Assembly: GCA_965368975.1 (NCBI GenBank)
Contig: CBDUPA010000007.1
Coordinates: forward strand, 192,001-256,000
Length of the DNA: 64,000 nt
DNA from: an uncultured bacterium
GTDB lineage: Bacteria > Acidobacteriota > Thermoanaerobaculia > Multivoradales > JAHZIX01
Reading direction: 5' to 3'
A model generated the notes under the pieces. The model ran no database searches. It was not told the DNA's origin and saw only the letters and a list, made by a program, of their open reading frames with translations. The position numbers and the translations under genes are program-made. The stretch's first letter is position 1; each line of letters opens with the position of its first letter. This document shows positions 57,749 through 64,000 of this stretch, piece by piece.

Positions 57749-57963
57749 TCTCGGACGTGCAGCTCCGAGGCCTCGACGCCAGCCTACAGCGTGCCTACCT
57801 GCGTGCGCAGGGGCTGCTCCGAGAGATGGGCCCCGCTTCTACGGTGGAGCACCGTAGGGCCACGGCGGCGGCGCTGGCGGGGCTGCGCTACGCAGCGCAA
57901 GTTGCAATGGATGAGATCGACGCTGACCTGGGCGCCGAGCAGGAGCGGAGGGCTACGGCGTGA
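57745..57963 (+). CDS. Hypothetical helical protein
   Basis: GTGA overlap with the upstream gene. Confidence 0.5.
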   Translation: MISDVQLRGLDASLQRAYLRAQGLLREMGPASTVEHRRATAAALAGLRYAAQVAMDEIDADLGAEQERRATA

Positions 57964-58147
57964 CGGCTTCGTCCTCTTCGTCTGGGTCCGGGATGGGTTC
58001 GCCGAGGATGCGCTGTGCTTCCTGCAAGGCGAGGTGTCGCATCCATGAGGCGCGACTCAAGCCGACCCGCTGCGCTGCGCGGTTCAGGTACTCGGCCTGC
58101 GTCTCCTTGATGCGCATGGTGATCGTCTTCTCGAAGGTGCTTCCCAT
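57953..58147 (-). CDS. Ribbon-helix-helix regulator (DUF1778/CopG-like), probably leaderless
   Basis: EKTITMRIKETQAEYLNRAAQRVGLSRASWMRHLAL. Confidence 0.75.
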   Translation of the reverse strand: MGSTFEKTITMRIKETQAEYLNRAAQRVGLSRASWMRHLALQEAQRILGEPIPDPDEEDEAVTP

Positions 58148-58153
58148 ATTTCA

Positions 58154-58206
58154 ATCTTACCATGGCTGGGTGAGTTCTTGACACATGGAGCCGCATTGAC
58201 TAGCAT
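58154..58206. promoter_or_regulatory. Back-to-back promoters
   Basis: Plus strand: TTGACA (58178)-17 nt-TAGCAT (58201). Minus strand: extended -10 TGgTAAGAT ending 6 nt before ATG 58147. Confidence 0.65.
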
Positions 58207-58253
58207 TTGGAGTTTCAATGGAGTTCCACTAACGACAAGCAAAGGAGGCCTTG

Positions 58254-58595
58254 ATGCCTGAGGAGACACCGCTGAACCAACTGAACCCCGAAACCCGAGC
58301 TGGCCTCGCCCACCTGCAAGACCTGACCAGGAAGGTGGGAAAGCAGATCGCCGGCAGAGTCGCCGCCCAGGAAGAGGCGACGAAGACACCGAAGCATCAC
58401 CCCTCGGTGAGTGCCTTGCTTTGCTTCTTCCGGTTCGAACACCTACCCGAGCACCTGCAGCGAGTTGCGAGCCCGTTCGGTGAGCTGGCAAACCAGGTAG
58501 CGGATCGTGCGCCGTTCAACCCTGAGACAACCGTTGCCCTGCGCAAGCTGCTCGAGGCGAAGGATTGCGCAGTGCGCGCGGCGCTAGCCGGCTGA
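58254..58595 (+). CDS. Small phage helical-hairpin protein, Acb2/Tad1-like candidate
   Basis: C-terminal FFRFEHLPEHLQRVASPFGELANQV...PETTVALRKLLEAKDCAVRA; AAGGAGG RBS. Confidence 0.55.
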   Translation: MPEETPLNQLNPETRAGLAHLQDLTRKVGKQIAGRVAAQEEATKTPKHHPSVSALLCFFRFEHLPEHLQRVASPFGELANQVADRAPFNPETTVALRKLLEAKDCAVRAALAG

Positions 58596-58713
58596 TCACG
58601 AGATTTCAACGGGCCCCGATGGCCCAACGAAAGAGACCTACGGCGGGTTGTCGATCAATGAGCCGAGGCCGTGCGACACGGCCACCTTTCACGAATCGAT
58701 CTGGAGGTATGGC

Positions 58714-60810
58714 ATGGGCGCTCCGAGAAGACCAGCAGCACACAGGAACTTCACCTTGAAGCCAGAGCTCTTGCACGGATTGGCTTGGCGGACCCTCTTG
58801 CCGATGACTCGACTCCTGTACATCGAGCTAGGAATGCTCGCTGCCTGTAACGATCGAAGTCCCGGCAAGCTCACGGCGTTCGACGGTGCGTGGCCCTCAT
58901 TGGCTAACGTGTTGCGAGGCTGGAATGCGGCGGATCTTAAACATCATCTCGCAGCTCTTAGGGAGGCTCGGCTCATTGAGACTGACCCCGAGACCGGTCT
59001 CGACTACTTTCCTGAATTGGTGGAGAAGGAAGAGAGACGCCAGGCTGCTGCCGCGAAGAGGGAAGCCAAGAGATCGCAAGGCCGCGTTGCGTCGATGACG
59101 CAGGAAGTCAAAGACCCGGCTCAGATCGATGAAGTGAATGGAAGGCTCGAGGTTCTTGTCGAGGCCGCTCGGGAGCACGAACACGAAGTCTTTAAAGACG
59201 CAACAGGCGACGAGTGGACTCGGCTAGCCGAAGTCCCGCCTGACGTTCTTGCCAACGGCGAAGAGCCTGGTTCCACGAACGACTTCCCACCCACCGAAGA
59301 AGAGCTGGTGCAGCAGTGGGAGCGCCGAAGGGCTGCGCGCCAGGCAGCTGCCGAGGCCGCCCCCGACCCGGACGATCAGGATCCTGACGACCCCCCCGAC
59401 GACGATCCTGCCGGTTCACCACCGCCGGCAGACCCAGATTCAGAACCTCCCCCACCGCCACCGGCGGGAGGGAATCCCGAAACCGGAGGTGATGCCCAGC
59501 AATCAGGCGGCACCTCGGCGGCAGTCGCAGACGAACAGACGCTTGATAGGGAAGAGGGGCGCGTGGCCCCAGTTGAGGCGACTGCTGCCGAGGAATCCCG
59601 TCCCTTGAGACTCAGACTGAAGGAGCGCCTGCAGCAGGAGATGGATCCCGAAGAGTACGCGAGGTGGTTTGACCCGCTGAGGGTTTCGTCCGAGACCGCC
59701 GACAGAATTGTGCTGCGCGTTCCACACGAGCGCTTCCTGCTCGCCCTCGAGGAAGGGCACAGGCCACTCATCAACAGACTGGAAGAGGAAGGAGGCTTCA
59801 CCGTGGAGCTGGCTACCAAGGAGCAAGTACGCGACGCCGAGGAGGCGCGCAGGCTGGCCGAGCTGAGGGAGCAGGGGCCCGCGCCCTTCTACCAGACGCC
59901 GGTGATGACCGGGGAGGCCTACCGAGAGCAGTTCCCGGACCTGGTCGAGCAGGCCGAGAAGGCCGAGAAGGACGAAGGCGAGGGTGCCGCCTGCGCGCGA
60001 GACGGTGCCGCAAGCACAGAAGGAGTTCGGGACGCCGGTACCGCCGGAAGTCGACCAGTGCTTGCGGCAGAAGGTGAAGAGCAGGGTGATCACGAGGGGC
60101 CAGGCGAAGTGGGCGAGCGCGGCGTCTCTGATGAAGGGCATCGCAGTGAAACTCCCTCCGCCCCGGACCAGGTATGGGATCGAGACGGGCGAGATGACGC
60201 GCACATCGGGGCGATGATGGCCGATGGACAGCCACCTCTGCGGTTCGGCCGGCCGCGCTGCGCGGAGGTCGTGCAGTTCCCGCAGACCGAGCCGCGGGCC
60301 GTTGAGGTGCGCGCGCTGGCGCCGGCGGCGATGACCGTTGCCTTGGAGCCTCCGGCGACGTCGAAGAGTGGCGCGGTGGTCGAGATCCTGGATTCCGACC
60401 TACCCGAAGGGGCAACCGAGGAGGAAGCCAAGACGGCGCGTGAAGGGTTCGCCCGCAGGGTTGCGAACGGCGAGGACCCCGAGGCGGCCAAGAGGATCGC
60501 CCTGCGTGCGCTGCGCTCCTTCATGAAGGGAAACATCCTCCGGCGCCAGCAGGCCGACTCTGAGGTGGAGTACCGGACCTGTGACAAGTGCCCGAGCCGG
60601 CAGCTGGCGTCACTGCTGATCAGTGGCGTGCGCTGCGAGTCCTGTGCGATTGAGCACGGTGTGCCGATGGTGGAGAAGGACTACGCCGAGTGTGACAAGT
60701 GCCACTACCGGTTCCGCGTGGCCAAGTTGGTGGGTGGTGTCCGGTGCGAGACCTGTGTTGCCAAGCACGGCGAGAAACAGCAGAACCTGCAGAAGGAGAT
60801 GTTCGGATGA
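58714..60810 (+). CDS. Large phage replication-initiator-like protein (wHTH-like N-terminus, DnaA domain I-like segment, two C4 zinc fingers)
   Basis: TRLLYIEL...L..L....LI N-terminus; LQQEMDPEEYARWFDPL...IVLRVPHERF; two CDKC-x14-CE(S/T)C units; GGAGG RBS before ATG 58714. Confidence 0.6.
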   Translation: MGAPRRPAAHRNFTLKPELLHGLAWRTLLPMTRLLYIELGMLAACNDRSPGKLTAFDGAWPSLANVLRGWNAADLKHHLAALREARLIETDPETGLDYFPELVEKEERRQAAAAKREAKRSQGRVASMTQEVKDPAQIDEVNGRLEVLVEAAREHEHEVFKDATGDEWTRLAEVPPDVLANGEEPGSTNDFPPTEEELVQQWERRRAARQAAAEAAPDPDDQDPDDPPDDDPAGSPPPADPDSEPPPPPPAGGNPETGGDAQQSGGTSAAVADEQTLDREEGRVAPVEATAAEESRPLRLRLKERLQQEMDPEEYARWFDPLRVSSETADRIVLRVPHERFLLALEEGHRPLINRLEEEGGFTVELATKEQVRDAEEARRLAELREQGPAPFYQTPVMTGEAYREQFPDLVEQAEKAEKDEGEGAACARDGAASTEGVRDAGTAGSRPVLAAEGEEQGDHEGPGEVGERGVSDEGHRSETPSAPDQVWDRDGRDDAHIGAMMADGQPPLRFGRPRCAEVVQFPQTEPRAVEVRALAPAAMTVALEPPATSKSGAVVEILDSDLPEGATEEEAKTAREGFARRVANGEDPEAAKRIALRALRSFMKGNILRRQQADSEVEYRTCDKCPSRQLASLLISGVRCESCAIEHGVPMVEKDYAECDKCHYRFRVAKLVGGVRCETCVAKHGEKQQNLQKEMFG

Positions 60811-60984
60811 AGACAACAAGCTCGCGAGCGTTCAGTTGGCGATCTTCCGAGCGCTGATTGAAACATCAAGACTTACGCTGTGGTTTTGGAGCCCTCTGAG
60901 AAATCAGCACTTGACACGGGATCCGACCACGAGGAAGATCAAAGCACTATGCCTTTTGAAAGCCATTAGGAGGAAGTTGAGAAT

Positions 60985-62394
60985 ATGCGTTACGGACGTC
61001 ATGTGTGGAATGGTGCGACTCTGCGGCAGTTGACGATCTTGGAATTGGCCAACATCCTGGATGAGCAATCGGAGGCGGCCGCGTTGCACATGCCAGCGAT
61101 GTTGGATCTCTTTCGGTCCAACGAGATTACCGGGGCGATGGCGGAGCGGCTCGAAGAAGATCAGCTGGACTTGGGTGGACTTTACGGGTTTCGGAAGTCC
61201 TACATGCAGCGACGGGCTGGTCGCATCGAGGTACTAGAGGCGCTAGAGAAGGATCAGTTCCGGGCGCTGTTCGAGTCCGAGCCGGAAGCGGAAACAGCTC
61301 CGGTGATCCAGTGGAAGAATCTCGAAGCCGTCGTCGCGGAGATGGTCAAGCGAAGCCGGAGCACCGTAGATGCCCAGCCGGAGGCTGGGTGGTGGTGGGC
61401 CAAGCTGGCGTACGACCTTGCGCATCGCATGAGGCGTCGATGGGAGGGTGAGAGTCCCGAATCGAAGCTCGAAGTCGCGCTAGGACCCGGCGGTGGACTC
61501 CAGGCCTCCGGGAGCCTGGATGAGGACGGCCCGCTGGGGCACGACTCAGAGAATGAAGCCGAGGTGGAGGCGTGGCGGTTTCTTGAGGCTCGGAGCCTTC
61601 GCGCTCTGGCCAATGCCACGCGCGCTATCGGACGTCTGACGGAAGCAGGGCGACTCTTTGGCGAGGCCGAGCAGTGCGTGGCCGCGAGGGCTTCCGGAGG
61701 AGCGTTGACTGCGGAGGTCTGTGACTTGCTCTCGCTGGAGGCTTCCTTGGAGACTGACAGGGGCAACTGGGAGCGAGGCATAGAGCTTCTGGAACTGCAC
61801 GGGCAGTTGGCGGACGGAGGGGAGTGGCACAAGGGACGCATCAAACTGGCCAAGTTGCACTACGAGCGCGACGACGTGGAGACGGCTATCGCGATAAGCC
61901 TAGACTTGGTTCAGCAGATGCCGGCAGGGCGAATGAGGGATGCCGCTACCCTTAATGTGTGCCTCTACCTGGTTGAGGCGGGGCATGTGCAAGATGCAGA
62001 GGATCGACTTCAGGCGAACAAGCTCGCTGGCGTCCCGGACGAGCGCATCTCTTGGATTCGCGCGAAGATCTTGGCCGCAAAGGGCAGCAGCGAGGCGGAG
62101 CGCCACTTCGAGATCGCGCTCAACCGCCTACTGGCGAAGAGAAACGGACCTCTTGCAGCACTGGTTTGGCTTGAATGGGGGCTCTGGCTCGTGGAGATTA
62201 ACCGACCCCAGGATGCTGCCGAGAAGGCCAGCCTGGCAGGAGCGGTCTTGCAGGTGACGGACATGGAAAGAGAGGGCCTAGCCGCTGCCGTGCTAGACCT
62301 GCAGGCCAAGCTGCAGCAGCAGGCCCTCACGCTAAAGGTGGCCGCTCGGCTGCGCTCTGTCTTTGAGGCAGCCTGCAGTGGGCGGCGAGCCTAA
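60985..62394 (+). CDS. TPR-like all-helical protein, candidate peptide receptor/regulator
   Basis: TPR-like helical pairs (ALANATRAIGRLTEAGRLFGEAE; LEASLETDRGNWERGIELLE; LAKLHYERDDVETAIAI; YLVEAGHVQDAED; WLVEINRPQDAAE); AGGAGG RBS; no signal peptide. Confidence 0.7.
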   Translation: MRYGRHVWNGATLRQLTILELANILDEQSEAAALHMPAMLDLFRSNEITGAMAERLEEDQLDLGGLYGFRKSYMQRRAGRIEVLEALEKDQFRALFESEPEAETAPVIQWKNLEAVVAEMVKRSRSTVDAQPEAGWWWAKLAYDLAHRMRRRWEGESPESKLEVALGPGGGLQASGSLDEDGPLGHDSENEAEVEAWRFLEARSLRALANATRAIGRLTEAGRLFGEAEQCVAARASGGALTAEVCDLLSLEASLETDRGNWERGIELLELHGQLADGGEWHKGRIKLAKLHYERDDVETAIAISLDLVQQMPAGRMRDAATLNVCLYLVEAGHVQDAEDRLQANKLAGVPDERISWIRAKILAAKGSSEAERHFEIALNRLLAKRNGPLAALVWLEWGLWLVEINRPQDAAEKASLAGAVLQVTDMEREGLAAAVLDLQAKLQQQALTLKVAARLRSVFEAACSGRRA

Positions 62395-62495
62395 CCGTCA
62401 GGATCAATGGCGGCGGACTTGTTGCCCTCGTCTTCCGCCTGCGATGCCTCGCCACCACCGAACACGGTCTCTACGATCCAAATCAGAAGGTCCAT
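62391..62495 (-). CDS. 34-aa peptide precursor MDLLIWIVETVFGGGEASQAEDEGNKSAAIDPDG
   Basis: GGAGG RBS upstream of ATG 62495; leader and C-terminus match the adjacent repeat protein; stop codon overlaps the TPR gene stop. Confidence 0.75.
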   Translation of the reverse strand: MDLLIWIVETVFGGGEASQAEDEGNKSAAIDPDG

Positions 62496-62668
62496 AACAC
62501 TTTCCTCCAACCCGGCGAGTCGTCGATACACCACCCCCATGGCGGTGGACGCCCGCCGAAGTCCTAACTCTTCAAGGTACCAAAGCAGAGTCGGCAACGC
62601 ATGCCCGGCTCTGCTTAAGTACGCGAGTTAGGGGAGTGGTAGAGATCTGGAGAAGAGCGGGCGAGGGC

Positions 62669-63268
62669 TTAGGCTGGTTGACCGTTCGGGTCGATGGCCG
62701 CAGAGGCGCCGTTCGGATCGATCATCACGGACTTGTTGCCGTTCGGATCGATGGCAGCGGATCGCCCATCGGGGTCGATCATTACCGAGGCGCCATCCGG
62801 GTCGATCATTACGGACTTGGCGATCACGAACCCGTCGGGGTCGATGGCTGACGAGATGCCATCCGGATCAATCATCGCGGACCGACCGTTGGGGTCCAGT
62901 GCTGGCGACATCCCGTTCGGGTCGATCGCGGCAGACTTGCCATCGGGGTCAATCACTACCGAGCGTCCATTCGGGTCGATCGCGACCGACTTGGCGACGA
63001 GGCAGCCGTCCGGATCTATGGCCACCGATCGGCCGTTTGGATCGATCATTGCCGAAGCTCCGCCAGGATGACTGGCCACCGATTGACCGTTGGGGTCGAT
63101 GGCTACAGACGCGCCGTTGGGATCGATCGCGACTGAGCGACCATTTGGGTCGATGGCAGAGGAAAGGCCATCCGGGTCGATCATCACTGATCGGCCGTGC
63201 GGATCGATGAAGGTACCGGCGTTGTCGTGAGCGAAGACAGTCAGAAGAGTCAAGAGCAGTAGTTCCAC
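62669..63268 (-). CDS. 199-aa multi-copy peptide precursor with 19 xSxxIDP(N/D)G units
   Basis: GGAGGAG RBS before GTG; hydrophobic leader MELLLLTLLTVFA followed by 9-aa repeats. Confidence 0.8.
   Translation of the reverse strand: MELLLLTLLTVFAHDNAGTFIDPHGRSVMIDPDGLSSAIDPNGRSVAIDPNGASVAIDPNGQSVASHPGGASAMIDPNGRSVAIDPDGCLVAKSVAIDPNGRSVVIDPDGKSAAIDPNGMSPALDPNGRSAMIDPDGISSAIDPDGFVIAKSVMIDPDGASVMIDPDGRSAAIDPNGNKSVMIDPNGASAAIDPNGQPA
62681..63220 (-). repeat. 27-bp degenerate coding tandem repeat (19 units, three with short insertions)
   Basis: Recurring gg(a/g)tc(g/a/t)at cores on the plus strand at 27-nt spacing, with synonymous variation. Confidence 0.9.
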
Positions 63269-63416
63269 GGAAGGCTCCTCCAGAGCATGGGTGGGTGATG
63301 GCGAGTACTATATCTGAGAGTCTGGTGGTGGTGATTTCTCTTGAGTACGTGAGTTAGGATTGGGGCGCGGTTCGAGGTGACCTAGGACGAGCTAGCCAGC
63401 AGGAGGATGGTGATCC

Positions 63417-64000
63417 GTGGACAAGAAGAACTCTGTTGTTTATAGCGCTGGTTTCACGGTGCGAGACAATTCTGAGCTGAGCTCTCTATGCTTGGTCCAT
63501 GATCAGATCCTGTTGCCAGCAACTGGTGACCCTCCGGAACTCTCAGCAGGTGTGGATGACACTCCTGAGGAAGTCGCTGTGAATTACATCTTGATGACGA
63601 TTTTTGGGAAAGCGCCTGAATCATTTCTCAGTTGGGAGCGGCGTCATGCCTTGCTCTTTGATGAGTCAGTTCTTCAGCGCCTCGAGCCTCCAGTTGGCCG
63701 AGATTCGTTTCTTGATGCAGACTTGGAGGTAAGACTACAGAGGTCTCAGATACGAAAAGTCTTCTTTGGAATGATTGAAGATGTTCTTGAGTACTCACGT
63801 GGACTGGGGTCGACAAGTACGCCGATGAAGGTGCTTGGTAAATTAGATTCTGAGGCTCGGAGGCATGCTGTTTACTTCTGGGAAACTAGCTACCTGGCGA
63901 TGCACTTATCCCGCAAGGATCTGCCCAAAGACTTACCTTCAGTTGGCGTCGCTTCAGCCTCGGACCAACCGACGAACACTCAGCTTGCCGGCTCTGTGAT
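63417..64000 (+). CDS. Hypothetical protein with lower GC (moron-like), truncated by window edge
   Basis: Absent from the ORF track. Open frame from GTG 63417 (MDKKNSVVYSAGFTVRDNSELSSLCLVHDQILLP...) to the window end; AGGAGG upstream. Confidence 0.7.
   Translation, partial: MDKKNSVVYSAGFTVRDNSELSSLCLVHDQILLPATGDPPELSAGVDDTPEEVAVNYILMTIFGKAPESFLSWERRHALLFDESVLQRLEPPVGRDSFLDADLEVRLQRSQIRKVFFGMIEDVLEYSRGLGSTSTPMKVLGKLDSEARRHAVYFWETSYLAMHLSRKDLPKDLPSVGVASASDQPTNTQLAGSV

Larger units (their letters stand above)
49612..64000. mobile_element. Prophage or phage-related integrative element inserted at tRNA-His; right end outside window
   Basis: Integrase directly after the tRNA, divergent XRE/Cro switch, and dense overlapping small phage-type ORFs (DUF5131, HNH, ASCH, TerS-like). 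attR and structural genes are not visible. Confidence 0.85.

Noticed and set aside
62496-62597. Longer 68-aa version of the small peptide ORF
   Set aside because: The internal ATG 62495 has a strong SD and gives an N-terminus that aligns with the paralog; the extension contains that SD and lacks support.
62681-63220. 27-bp periodic repeat as a CRISPR array
   Set aside because: There are no unique spacers or invariant repeat, variation is codon-structured within an ORF that has an RBS, and no cas genes are present.
49612-64000. attR copy of the tRNA 3' end
   Set aside because: I found no second copy of the tRNA 3' sequence in the window; the element extends beyond it.

Overview
GC-rich bacterial DNA, probably Acidobacteriota (inferred from an ADOP-type permease, an Oar-type TonB receptor and a YfhO-type membrane protein). 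Bases 1-49.5 kb are chromosomal backbone: a partial asnB-type amidotransferase, two bPH_2 proteins, cydAB, a TonB receptor, a stand-alone C-A-T-TE NRPS, proteases, lexA, a PilT-family ATPase, gatCA, cell-wall enzymes, transporters, ETF-QO, an aroD-aroE fusion and egtD. A tRNA-His(GUG) gene at 49533-49611 is followed directly by a tyrosine integrase and the early region of a prophage-like element that runs off the window; no virion genes are visible. The best candidate for a new system is at 60985-63268. There a TPR-like helical protein converges on two short paralogous genes with hydrophobic leaders, one ending in a single KSAAIDPDG peptide and one carrying 19 tandem xSxxIDP(N/D)G units. This looks like a phage-borne peptide signal and receptor module with a multi-copy precursor. 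Other notable items: a tRNA-His lacking G-1 with G1:U72/A73, a secreted protein-glutaminase-like enzyme with no N-terminal pro-domain, an Acb2/Tad1-like sponge candidate, a phage protein with a DnaA domain-I-like segment, and a TerS-like gene overlapping the integrase. All family calls come from motif recognition by eye; no database searches were run.
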